Source: a virus (Duplodnaviria > Heunggongvirae > Uroviricota > Caudoviricetes). From it: a stretch of DNA of 48,351 nucleotides. The stretch lies in the IMG/VR virus record IMGVR_UViG_2654588181_000001. One strand, written 5' to 3'. Position numbers and translations under genes: made by a program. Of this stretch, positions 20,360-29,101 are shown piece after piece (the stretch's first letter is position 1; the number at the start of each line of letters is the position of its first letter). Under the pieces are notes generated by a model. That model had not been told where the DNA came from. It searched no databases and saw only the letters and a list, made by a program, of their open reading frames with translations.

Positions 20360-21079
20360 TTAACGAGAGAAGGTCTTAGAAAGAATGTCATCAATAGCCT
20401 TTGTGACTTCATCAGCAAACGCATCCTCACCAGCACGCAGCGCCACGCCATGCCAATCAAGACGCTGCGAATAGTTAGGTTGCTGGATAAACGTAAGGAT
20501 CAACGTAGGACGCCGCCCAACGCGCTGCCAGACGCCTGGTTGAAGCGGGTTACTTGTACCAGGTCGAACAACAAAAAACTCCGTAGGCTTGCCCTGACGG
20601 CGATTTTGATGCGCATCTCGCTGAACTCTTAGGCCAGATAAGACCTGCTGTAATTGCCCCCGCGAAATATTCCCGTATTTGTCCAGCTTTGCGCCGGGAC
20701 CAGGAGCAAGCTGCCAGCCGTTAGGCAAATATCCACCAGCCCTTAGCGCCCCTTCTGAGCGTTTGTACTGTCGTTGGCCACCTTCGATTTGCGGAGTCAA
20801 CGTTACAGGGGCTGGCGTTCCTCCCCATTCACGAGCATACACAATGGCTGTAGGATCACTCTTCTTTGCGGCCAAAACGTAAGTAGAGTTCTGAATCCAC
20901 GGCGTGGGCCTGTCAAATACCCGATTAATTTCATTCTTAATCGCAGCCTGAGAAGCCTTTGCCGTTCTGGTTGCCGCAAGCGCCATTGCGAACGGCAATT
21001 CGCGTTCTTCAAGGCGCTGGAGTTGTCGTTGAATATCCTGAGAAGAAAAATCCATCTTTATCTCAATTCTGTCAGCCAC
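20360..21079 (-). CDS. hypothetical protein
   Basis: 239-aa ORF embedded between ParB-like genes. Confidence 0.5.
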   Translation of the reverse strand: MADRIEIKMDFSSQDIQRQLQRLEERELPFAMALAATRTAKASQAAIKNEINRVFDRPTPWIQNSTYVLAAKKSDPTAIVYAREWGGTPAPVTLTPQIEGGQRQYKRSEGALRAGGYLPNGWQLAPGPGAKLDKYGNISRGQLQQVLSGLRVQRDAHQNRRQGKPTEFFVVRPGTSNPLQPGVWQRVGRRPTLILTFIQQPNYSQRLDWHGVALRAGEDAFADEVTKAIDDILSKTFSR

Positions 21080-21095
21080 CAGCGCCTCCTACACA

Positions 21096-22475
21096 CTACT
21101 TAATCAACGGCCGGAAAGCCGCCAGCACATCATCAGATCGTCCGATTGTTGAACCACCAGGCAACGGCAACTCAAACTCAAAACGAACAGCTTTCTCCAG
21201 ACTCGCCCAACTAAGGGAATCATCGTTAATGACGTGCAAATACCAGCTCTTACAGTTGAATATTGACCGCTTAATCCTGAAACCATGTACACGACACAAC
21301 TGCTTCACTTCCTCATCAGAGTGAAACTTCTGGTAAAACCAGTGCCCCTTCCGGTACAACGCGGTAAAACCGTTATGATCAATAAAATAAAGCCGGCTTT
21401 TGGAACTCGCCGCTTGTGTCTGCTTCAGGACTGTTTCCAGCTCTCCACGGCTACGGCCAGAAAAGAATATTGACCCACCAGCTTTACACAGCCCTTTCAG
21501 AACCGTCAGAACGGACCATTCAGCCTCGACACTATCGACCGAGTTCAAAACGCTATCGCAAATCACGTAGTCGTAACGCCCTCGCGTTTTTAAGTCGTCC
21601 ACCAGCGTATCAATCATCCGGTTTGTTGCGGTCCTATCCAGAGTGTTTCCAGCGCCCTTACGGCGGAAAAGCTCAAGATCATGCAGGTTATATCCCTTTG
21701 CCCTGAGCATTCGCGCGTAGTCTCCCTGACCCGAACCAAAATCAATTCCTCTTGGCGTCTTGGCAATGATCGGGAGGATCAACGACTCATACAGGTTTGA
21801 TTTCAGGCTGCCACCATTACGCAACCGCATAAGCTGCGCATACGTCTGGATGTATGTTGTTTTCTCCAGATGAGAATACTCAAATACACCATAAGTTTTA
21901 TTCAGATAACTTTGGTATTTTTCCTTCTCAACATCAGGGATCACAAACACCGTTAGCGGTGTGCGCGTCATCTTCGCTGCTAATGCATACTGAGCACAGT
22001 GAATAACCTCGCCAGACTGCGTAGCAACACAACCACCCCACGGACCATACTTGATAACCAGTTCCGCTATGTTCTTTCGAACATATGCCATTTTCGCGCG
22101 CATATTGCCTGAAATCTGGCTTGCCGATACCTGAACAAAACCATGCTTATCTCCCAGACCTGACACCCTGCAACGCTCATCTCCGCTATCAAAATCCGTT
22201 CCGTTATGCAGTTGGTTAAACCGTACTTCGTCGTATACCGTCGTTTCACAGGGCAACACATACACCGCAGCACGCGTTATTCCCAACTTACGTAGCGCCT
22301 TCGTCCTTTGGTGTCCCGCCACCAGCAAATCGCCGCGCACTATCAATGGCTTCACAAGCCCCAGCTCCCTGACGCTTTCCGCCAGCCTCGCAAGATCATC
22401 CTCACCGATAAAACGCGGGTTATATTCCGCGCCGCGTAGGTGCGTTATGTCGTAATTGAGATGAAGCATCAGCAC
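21096..22475 (-). CDS. ParB-like N-terminal domain fused to SAM-dependent methyltransferase domain
   Basis: 459-aa ORF; N-terminal ParB-like segment (LVAGHQRTKALRKLG); class-I MTase motif I-like IDFGSGQGDYARML and DYVICDSVLN. Confidence 0.65.
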   Translation of the reverse strand: MLMLHLNYDITHLRGAEYNPRFIGEDDLARLAESVRELGLVKPLIVRGDLLVAGHQRTKALRKLGITRAAVYVLPCETTVYDEVRFNQLHNGTDFDSGDERCRVSGLGDKHGFVQVSASQISGNMRAKMAYVRKNIAELVIKYGPWGGCVATQSGEVIHCAQYALAAKMTRTPLTVFVIPDVEKEKYQSYLNKTYGVFEYSHLEKTTYIQTYAQLMRLRNGGSLKSNLYESLILPIIAKTPRGIDFGSGQGDYARMLRAKGYNLHDLELFRRKGAGNTLDRTATNRMIDTLVDDLKTRGRYDYVICDSVLNSVDSVEAEWSVLTVLKGLCKAGGSIFFSGRSRGELETVLKQTQAASSKSRLYFIDHNGFTALYRKGHWFYQKFHSDEEVKQLCRVHGFRIKRSIFNCKSWYLHVINDDSLSWASLEKAVRFEFELPLPGGSTIGRSDDVLAAFRPLIK

Positions 22476-23092
22476 ACCTCCCCAGCCAGCAATGCGGATA
22501 CAAATCCGATATAGCTGCCATTATCATCAACATAACGAGATACCGCGCAGTCAAAACGATCCGCTTCCTCATCCGTTGCCGGGATTTTATGACCTCCAAA
22601 TGACAGGTACTGAACTTTTACGCCTGATTTGGCCTCATCCTTCTCAAATGGGATATCCATACCCTCTGTGTCATCGTAGACCGCCGCACTCAATAAGTTA
22701 TCCAGTTCGCGCTGAGTAAAACCAATTGAGTCCAGAGCAAAATCATCGGCCGCAAGATCTGCAAGTTCCGCGCTTAACAACTCTTCATCCCAACCAGCAT
22801 TCAGCGGAATACGGTTGTCGGCCAGACGATATGCCTTCTTCTGATTCTCCGTTAGCCCTTCCAGAACAATGCAGGGAACGTCATCCATCCCCAACTGAGT
22901 GGCCGCAGCAATTCGACCATGACCAGCAATTACAACGTTGTTCTCGTCTATCAGGATCGGATTAGTCCATCCGTACTCCTGTATGCTGGCAACAATCTGA
23001 TCTACCTGCTCCACGGAGTGTGTGCGAGCGTTCTTTTCATAACCAATCAACACAGAAAGTGGTAAAGAAACCACATTAAGATGTTTTGTCAT
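22469..23092 (-). CDS. ParB-like N-terminal domain protein (paralog 2)
   Basis: 207-aa ORF; ...ILIDENNVVIAGHGRIAAA...; about half identical to 19212..19802 by eye. Confidence 0.7.
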   Translation of the reverse strand: MTKHLNVVSLPLSVLIGYEKNARTHSVEQVDQIVASIQEYGWTNPILIDENNVVIAGHGRIAAATQLGMDDVPCIVLEGLTENQKKAYRLADNRIPLNAGWDEELLSAELADLAADDFALDSIGFTQRELDNLLSAAVYDDTEGMDIPFEKDEAKSGVKVQYLSFGGHKIPATDEEADRFDCAVSRYVDDNGSYIGFVSALLAGEVC

Positions 23093-23326
23093 GCCGTTTA
23101 TCCGCTAAAATCCCCTCGCTTGTGCAAGCAAGTGGGCCTCGGTTTGTATCCACGGCACCCTGTGGGTATGAATGACTGTCGTCAGGTCGCAACTGACGGC
23201 GGTCGCCCACCTTCCAGTAATAAAAAAGCCACCAGCATTAACTCCACAGCGAGCTGGAGTTAATGAGGCAGCTTTGGTTTGCGCATTATCGCAGCCCCTG
23301 ATAGGCACAAGAGCTGCTGTAATGCG

Positions 23327-23806
23327 TTACGCAGGGATCAAACGGAGGCAGCCGTTATTTACCTCAATACGAGAGTATTCCGGCTTACCATCAACGATTC
23401 CGGTAATGACAAGTTCGCCATCAGATGAGCATTCTTCTTCGTCGTCTTCAAGTACCGCGCCTTCTGGCAAATCAATACAGGCAAAAACAGGGCAGCCAGG
23501 ATGACGTTTATCCTCCATCGCAATCAGCATCGACTCACCGAACCACTCTGTGGTAGCACGGCCATCAGCCGCCTGATAGTGAATCAGATACTGGTTTTCG
23601 CCATTTGCATACTGAGCACGGGCTTGAACTTCTCCCCATTCGTCACTGATACGCATTGTTACCAGTTGGGATAATTCAAACTTAAACGGAACAGACTCTG
23701 CACCAATGGCAATCGGTTTATCTTCTTTCTTTTCCATAACATCACCTGAAAATAAAAAGCCCCGCGACACCGCGAGGCTGTAAGAGTTACTTTCGATAGA
23801 AATCAA
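23327..23806 (-). CDS. hypothetical acidic protein
   Basis: 159-aa ORF, last gene of cassette-1-driven operon; true start may be internal Met. Confidence 0.45.
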   Translation of the reverse strand: MISIESNSYSLAVSRGFLFSGDVMEKKEDKPIAIGAESVPFKFELSQLVTMRISDEWGEVQARAQYANGENQYLIHYQAADGRATTEWFGESMLIAMEDKRHPGCPVFACIDLPEGAVLEDDEEECSSDGELVITGIVDGKPEYSRIEVNNGCLRLIPA

Positions 23807-23935
23807 GGCGCATTTGCTCCCGCTTAAGCCGAAAAGCTCTCTGCGCCACTAAGATGCGCCACAGGACACCAGCAATAACCACCAGCGAGATACAAAAACA
23901 CACGGCCACAACCATCAGAAAAATGCAAAGACCAT

Positions 23936-24148
23936 TCATGAAACTATCCATTTTTCAATGAATACCTCCAGTAATATCAAGAGATACGCCGTACCCAGCG
24001 CGGTTCCTACCGATATAGCTAAGACAAACCTCAAAGATAACGAGGTGTCTTTCGCTTTTCTCCAGACGTAAGCGCCAGCCAGAAATACCAACAAATCTCT
24101 TATTGGAAGCGGAAACCAGAACAAATCACTCGGCATAAGCACGATCAT
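23936..24148 (-). CDS. small membrane protein
   Basis: 70-aa ORF with two hydrophobic segments. Confidence 0.4.
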   Translation of the reverse strand: MIVLMPSDLFWFPLPIRDLLVFLAGAYVWRKAKDTSLSLRFVLAISVGTALGTAYLLILLEVFIEKWIVS

Positions 24149-24425
24149 CTTCCGCTGCTGATTTACACGCCGCAGTTACTGATATATTGATAACCGGTGC
24201 GCTAATCGTGATGGACGACGCTGTCGGTTGACGCGATATAACTGAACGATGGCTATCAAGGAAGTCCACAATCTCATTCAGGCACTCTTTAGCTGCCTCA
24301 TCGTGACTTTTTCCGTATGCTTCATGGAGGACTTTCATCCTCATCATTGCTCCGTCACATATAGTCGAAAGCGCGTAAAGCACATCACTAGCCGCCATTT
24401 CTTTTTTGGTGCTTGTCGAAGGCAT
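24126..24425 (-). CDS. hypothetical protein
   Basis: 99-aa ORF. Confidence 0.4.
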   Translation of the reverse strand: MPSTSTKKEMAASDVLYALSTICDGAMMRMKVLHEAYGKSHDEAAKECLNEIVDFLDSHRSVISRQPTASSITISAPVINISVTAACKSAAEDDRAYAE

Positions 24426-24499
24426 CCCATGTTCTCCTTTGTCTGGATGTAAAAAAGCCCCGGCAATTGCCGAGGCTCGTTGTTCGTTATCGTTACGGT

Positions 24500-24700
24500 T
24501 TAATGCTCGCGTCGTCCGGCGACAACTTCGGATTTGTATTTCAGGTCGCCCAGCAAGAATTGCAGTTTAAGCATCTTTGCCGCCGTGTAGTTCCCTGATT
24601 CCACAACCTCTTTCATGAGGTCATAAACGGCCGCAACATCATCAGCCAGGAACTCTTTGCGTTGCTGCTCAGTCGCACGTTTGAAGGAAATACGCATCAC
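24500..24700 (-). CDS. hypothetical protein
   Basis: 66-aa ORF overlapping stop of upstream gene. Confidence 0.4.
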   Translation of the reverse strand: MMRISFKRATEQQRKEFLADDVAAVYDLMKEVVESGNYTAAKMLKLQFLLGDLKYKSEVVAGRREH

Positions 24701-24966
24701 TCATCATCTCCTGCCGCACATACAACCTCACAAAAAACATCAGCGGAATGTTTCTTTTTGAATGAATGGCGCTCAAAACCGCACTCAATATCAGGCGCAA
24801 AAACATCCACCACATACGGTCTTTCAGAATGTTTGTTTTCCCAACGATAAACCGTAGTGACGTTGAAATGTTTTAACGCTTCACGGAACTCAACGCTGCC
24901 CGTCAGGTTTTTTGAGGTCAGGTATTGCAGGAGGTTTTTTACTACTTCACGGTCTTGTACTTTCAT
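24697..24966 (-). CDS. hypothetical protein (first gene after promoter-leader cassette copy 1)
   Basis: 89-aa ORF; ATG preceded by CCGGAGATAACCCG leader. Confidence 0.5.
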   Translation of the reverse strand: MKVQDREVVKNLLQYLTSKNLTGSVEFREALKHFNVTTVYRWENKHSERPYVVDVFAPDIECGFERHSFKKKHSADVFCEVVCAAGDDE

Positions 24967-25083
24967 CGGGTTATCTCCGGTTTAACCAGGGCGGGTATCG
25001 CTCGGTTTCGGGTATAACCATAGGAAATTTTTTCCCACCTGTAAAGCACCTTTTATATAAATATATAATTATATAATTCTATG
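24967..25083 (-). promoter_or_regulatory. repeated promoter-leader cassette, copy 1
   Basis: Near-identical to 31746..31865 and 41210..41330; -35 TTTACA, 17-nt spacer containing GGAAAAAATTTCC, -10 TATGGT, ~60-nt conserved leader, GGAG then ATG. Confidence 0.6.
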
Positions 25084-25666
25084 CCACTTGCCAGAGAGCA
25101 TCATGCAACTGGATACCTCCATTGCACTGGTTGCCCCAGCCATGCCAGCCATCAGGTAAATCACCGCGAGCAAACAGCTCAATACGGGGAACATCACCTA
25201 ACAGCCTTACCAGCTTGTCACGAACCACATCAGGCTTCCGAGAATGCTCCAGACGAGGCGATGTAAACGACTGAATGATCCCCGCATCAAGGCGGGTCGG
25301 CAGTTTGCCTTTTACCGCAAACAAGCAATCTTCACTGTTTGCACGAGTCATATGCCCCATCCCCATCACCAGCTTATCTGGTTGTCGGCTACCACATTTG
25401 TTCCATGTGAAGCCCTTCATGGTCATCAGCCTGAATCCCCATGCTTTCACCACCAGCAACGCTTCTTCTGGCTGAGTCGGAACCCACCACATGGCCAACA
25501 AACACGATTCAGGATTAGCAAGCTGCCAGACAGGAATACGAGCAATATCCTCAGCTTTCATCGTTGGATACTTAAAACCAGCGCCACGATTCCCATCCTT
25601 ACACTTGTCTTTGTATTCCCAGGGGGGATCTGCATAAATCAGATTAAACAATGCAATTGCCTCCAT
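25079..25666 (-). CDS. DNA N6-adenine methyltransferase, MT-A70-like
   Basis: 195-aa ORF with catalytic DPPW motif (LIYADPPWEY). Confidence 0.75.
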   Translation of the reverse strand: MEAIALFNLIYADPPWEYKDKCKDGNRGAGFKYPTMKAEDIARIPVWQLANPESCLLAMWWVPTQPEEALLVVKAWGFRLMTMKGFTWNKCGSRQPDKLVMGMGHMTRANSEDCLFAVKGKLPTRLDAGIIQSFTSPRLEHSRKPDVVRDKLVRLLGDVPRIELFARGDLPDGWHGWGNQCNGGIQLHDALWQVA

Positions 25667-25973
25667 GTTAGTTGTGTCTCCGGCGCTTATCTCCGGCAGT
25701 CATAACGCTGGCCAGCTCTACAGCAAACACAACGAAAAGGGCACTAACCAGACTGATTAATGCCCTTGCCTGTTGTGTGCCGGATATCGCCCGACAACGC
25801 TGTTTTGGTAACACGGCTACAGTTCCGTGCCGCTCCAGCTTTTACCCCTTTGCGGATAACAGGCCCTGCCTGTAACTTAGCCCCACGTTCGCCCGAAATG
25901 CGCACCAGGCACGCATAAAGATGAGCACGAAGAAGTAACTCCACCGCGCTTATCTTTATGTGTGAGAGTGAAT

Positions 25974-26049
25974 TGGTGGCCCCTACCGGATTTGAACCGA
26001 TGACCGTGCGATTATGAGTCGCCTGCTCTAACCACTGAGCTAAGGGGCC
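25974..26049 (-). tRNA. tRNA with CAU anticodon (Ile2/lysidine type or Met), CCA encoded
   Basis: 76-nt cloverleaf: GGCCCCT acceptor stem, D-arm TAGCTCAGTGGTTAGAGCA, anticodon loop CTCATAA, T-loop GGTTCAAATCC, 3' CCA; first ~42 nt match my recollection of E. coli ileX. Confidence 0.8.
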
Positions 26050-26218
26050 ATATTTGATTTGTTTGTCTGGTGTGGCGCCGCGCACGAAAATCCCAGCCAA
26101 TAAATTCAGGATTTTTGGGCGCGGCGGCATATCAGACAAACATGGTTGATGCGTGCGCCCATGAGAAAAGCGCATAGAATGTTGTAACTATATATTTATA
26201 TAATTATAGAAATATATA

Positions 26219-26428
26219 TTACTTTCGGCAGTTGATTTCCCATGCCCTGTTATGAGCCAGAATATCTTTCTTTGTCTGGCGGTCCATAACATCGATGTCG
26301 TGATCAGTCAGGTAGATGGGCTTTACCCAATCACAGGCGGTATCAACCACCACCGGGACGCTTCCACGACTCCCGCAGCTCGCGATCAACATCGTCATCA
26401 GCCATATGGTTAACACTCTGCTGTACAT
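26219..26428 (-). CDS. o-spanin (Rz1-like lipoprotein), overlapping in alternate frame
   Basis: 69-aa ORF with lipobox-like LIASC; overlaps 3' end of Rz-like gene. Confidence 0.5.
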   Translation of the reverse strand: MYSRVLTIWLMTMLIASCGSRGSVPVVVDTACDWVKPIYLTDHDIDVMDRQTKKDILAHNRAWEINCRK

Positions 26429-26621
26429 TCCCCACCTCTTTTGTCACTTCTATACGCCGCTCCGCAGTGGCTTTTACGGCGGCTGCATTCTCATTAATGC
26501 GCTGCTTTTCAGCTTCATCTTCGGCCTTTTCTCGCCCCTTCATACGACCAAAACCAAACGCGCCGAATGCAACCAATATAATTGTGCCAATAAATGACAA
26601 AACGGCCTTCAAACCAGTCAT
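26343..26621 (-). CDS. i-spanin (Rz-like)
   Basis: 92-aa ORF, N-terminal TM helix then charged coiled region; directly downstream of endolysin. Confidence 0.55.
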   Translation of the reverse strand: MTGLKAVLSFIGTIILVAFGAFGFGRMKGREKAEDEAEKQRINENAAAVKATAERRIEVTKEVGNVQQSVNHMADDDVDRELRESWKRPGGG

Positions 26622-27160
26622 ACCACCACTCGCTCTTTCATCCAGCCGTAGACAAACGACTCATTAGCCTCGCGCTTCTCCGCCAACTCCAGATAGCGTT
26701 CGCCCTGCGTACAGTTCAGCGACGTCAGCATCACCCGTTCGCCGTCTTTTCCCCGATTCCCAAGATAAGCACGCAGCGCATTAATGGTACGTGGACCGAT
26801 TCGTCCATCTGCATCCAAATCGGGATACAGCTTCCCACGCAGATTGAACACATTCAGCCAGCGTTGAAGCATTTTGGACGCCACTGTTGGCCCCATATTC
26901 ACACCGGTATCACACAGCTCTGCGGCAATATCAGAGGATAATGCAGCCACCTGATCAAAGCGTGGTCCGTACCAGTAATCAGCCTCAAGGATTTCCAGTG
27001 CCTGTTCGCGGGTTAAATCGCGCATATCGCCACGGTATCCATGAGCACGGGCAGTGTTCTGAGTAATGCCCCACTTTGTTGGGCCTCCCTTGTCGTCAGG
27101 GTGATCCACATAGCCGCCCTCTTTTCCAAGAACGCTGTTAAAAATCTCATCTTTGGTCAT
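26618..27160 (-). CDS. endolysin (GH108-like muramidase with peptidoglycan-binding domain)
   Basis: 180-aa ORF; N-terminal EGGYVDHPDDKGGPTKWGIT motif. Confidence 0.75.
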   Translation of the reverse strand: MTKDEIFNSVLGKEGGYVDHPDDKGGPTKWGITQNTARAHGYRGDMRDLTREQALEILEADYWYGPRFDQVAALSSDIAAELCDTGVNMGPTVASKMLQRWLNVFNLRGKLYPDLDADGRIGPRTINALRAYLGNRGKDGERVMLTSLNCTQGERYLELAEKREANESFVYGWMKERVVV

Positions 27161-27479
27161 GATTAAACCCTAATGCGTCAACTATCCGCGCCAGATTGCC
27201 CCTGAAATACAGAACAACGATGCAGATAATCAGATTTCCAATAACCACCAGCCAGTGGGATTCTTGATAAAGACCGAACACATAACGGAAGGGAACATTG
27301 GCGTATACAATGACGTAGATATAAGCCAGAAAGGAAACAAATGGACGATGCCTGGAGTCTTTCCGTCGATAAAGCATCAGCGCCATTACTATTACTGTGC
27401 AAAGCACCGCATTAATCAGTGCTGACGGGTCACTGCTTACCATTTGAACCCCCTCCACGTAAGCGGGAAAGCATTCCAA
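27147..27479 (-). CDS. lysis-associated membrane protein (holin/antiholin candidate)
   Basis: 110-aa ORF with hydrophobic helices between holin candidate and endolysin. Confidence 0.45.
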   Translation of the reverse strand: MECFPAYVEGVQMVSSDPSALINAVLCTVIVMALMLYRRKDSRHRPFVSFLAYIYVIVYANVPFRYVFGLYQESHWLVVIGNLIICIVVLYFRGNLARIVDALGFNHDQR

Positions 27480-27825
27480 AGATGCTACCGAGATCCTGGC
27501 TGTTTACGAACGTGAGGATTTTAATGGTCAATGCAGCCACAATAACCGCACCAAGCGCATCCAGAGGACGATCGTTGTAGCTGGTCCATTTGGCAAGAAA
27601 TGAGCCAACTAACGGCGCTCCAATCACTCCAACAATGAACGATGTAAAGAAATAGCCAATCAGCTTGAGACGGCTAATATTCACCGCTGTAGCAACATAG
27701 AAAACAGCGCCAGCAAATGCCCCGAATACAACGCCGTAATCAATACCAGTTGCAATACCAAAAACGCTGGCACCCATCAGGCCACCAGCAGCAACGGCCG
27801 TACCGGAAATTGGTTCTGCTGACAT
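27430..27825 (-). CDS. putative holin
   Basis: Hydrophobic multi-TM ORF; start chosen at ATG 27825 preceded by GAGGA, because the upstream ATG at 27873 lies inside a terminator hairpin. Confidence 0.55.
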   Translation of the reverse strand: MSAEPISGTAVAAGGLMGASVFGIATGIDYGVVFGAFAGAVFYVATAVNISRLKLIGYFFTSFIVGVIGAPLVGSFLAKWTSYNDRPLDALGAVIVAALTIKILTFVNSQDLGSIFGMLSRLRGGGSNGKQ

Positions 27826-27838
27826 TGAAATCCTCGTT

Positions 27839-27868
27839 AAAAAAAAAGCCCCGCCGAAAAGGCAGGGC
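27839..27868 (-). terminator. rho-independent terminator upstream of lysis genes (tR'-like)
   Basis: Minus-strand GCCCTGCC-TTTTC-GGCGGGGC followed by T9. Confidence 0.55.
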
Positions 27869-28561
27869 TTCATAAAGCAACAAATTACGCGGTAATCGCT
27901 TAACGCAGTTTTACTACGTTAAATGAAACACTACACCCAGTTACCACCTAAAACAAGGTTTTCCCATAAAAAAACCTTCATATTGTGGTTAACCGATCAA
28001 TAAAAAAACAATACTTAACTTTTGACCAACCGAACATCCCGACCAGGACTTCCATAATATTCGCCGATATGCCACTGCTTAAGTTGAGTAATCTTCTCCA
28101 ACTTAACGCCCATAGAGTCCAGTTTCTGCCATGTTTTCGGTTGTATGTGCTTCATTACCCGCTCTGAATATCTGAATACTGCTCGTAAGCGCATGGCTTC
28201 TCACTACAGCTTATATAAGTGGTTTTTCCAGCGGTTTTGCGCCGCGCTGCGCTTATCTTTGACTCCCTCTCTGGCAATTCCAGAATATAAGTACAACACC
28301 ACACGGCGGTTGCTAACTCTCAACCACTGGCTGGGATAGCAACGTCTGTATACACGGGAAATAAGCATCTTTGCTTTACGGTTTTTCATCATTTTGCTCT
28401 CCTGCGTTTCTTTGCTGCACGCCGTGCAGCTGCAATACCGGTATGGCGGCGCTTTGGTGCCGGGATGATGTTGTCAGCCATCAGGACATGCGGCTTTGCA
28501 ATTAGCGCAGAAGCCCAAAAACGAGTCGGGTATGGTAACAAGCCGATACATGCCACACGCA

Positions 28562-29101
28562 TTACTCACCTCCTTTGATGCGAATGCCAGCGGCGCGTGG
28601 CACATTAACTTCCACGATGCGCACAGTTGGTTTGTACATCTCGATCGCTGTCAGCCAGTCAGCTCCTGTCATGCGCTTTTCCGCATCGCCATTAGTCCAC
28701 TGAACCGGTACACCAATAGCCTTCATCGCTATTTCTATTTCCCCGGCAATGGCGCTTTTTCCGCAACCAGTAAAACCAGAAACAACGACAAGAACTTCGC
28801 CCCTGGCCGGTTTTATTTCCCGAGCATCCTGTTCCTTAACGCGTTCCTCCAGTTCGTAGACTCTGCATTGCTCTTTATCATCAATCAGATATAACCCAAG
28901 ACATTCGCTTTCTACCCAGCCACCGAAATCATGATCGTAACGCTCACATGAAAACTCACCGTCACCGTCCTTTGTTGGAATTGTGTAACTGTCTAATGGG
29001 CCACCGTACGTCGGTACATTTCCCAATGTCGGATGCTCAATCCACATGAAAAATGCACGTCCGGTTATTGGGCAAATATCTGGTCGCCATTGGTTACTCA
29101 C
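28562..29101 (-). CDS. hypothetical P-loop protein
   Basis: 179-aa ORF; Walker A-like GFTGCGKS in C-terminal half. Confidence 0.5.
   Translation of the reverse strand: MSNQWRPDICPITGRAFFMWIEHPTLGNVPTYGGPLDSYTIPTKDGDGEFSCERYDHDFGGWVESECLGLYLIDDKEQCRVYELEERVKEQDAREIKPARGEVLVVVSGFTGCGKSAIAGEIEIAMKAIGVPVQWTNGDAEKRMTGADWLTAIEMYKPTVRIVEVNVPRAAGIRIKGGE

Noticed and set aside
20169-20460. ORFs 20169..20354 and 20185..20460, and a GGTTCGAAT T-loop-like motif near 20200
   Set aside because: The ORFs have no SD and low-complexity products. The T-loop-like motif is not flanked by complementary stems or an acceptor stem, so it is not a tRNA. The region is better treated as regulatory or packaging sequence.
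25744-26175. 143-aa minus-strand ORF
   Set aside because: It overlaps the tRNA gene (25974..26049) on the same strand and its translation has no coding character. The tRNA explains the conservation.
28204-28392. 62-aa Arg-rich ORF and an upstream 29-aa basic micro-ORF in the pre-lysis non-coding region
   Set aside because: Highly basic low-complexity products with no SD. The region is better explained as late promoter and leader sequence; kept only as context for the late-control finding.
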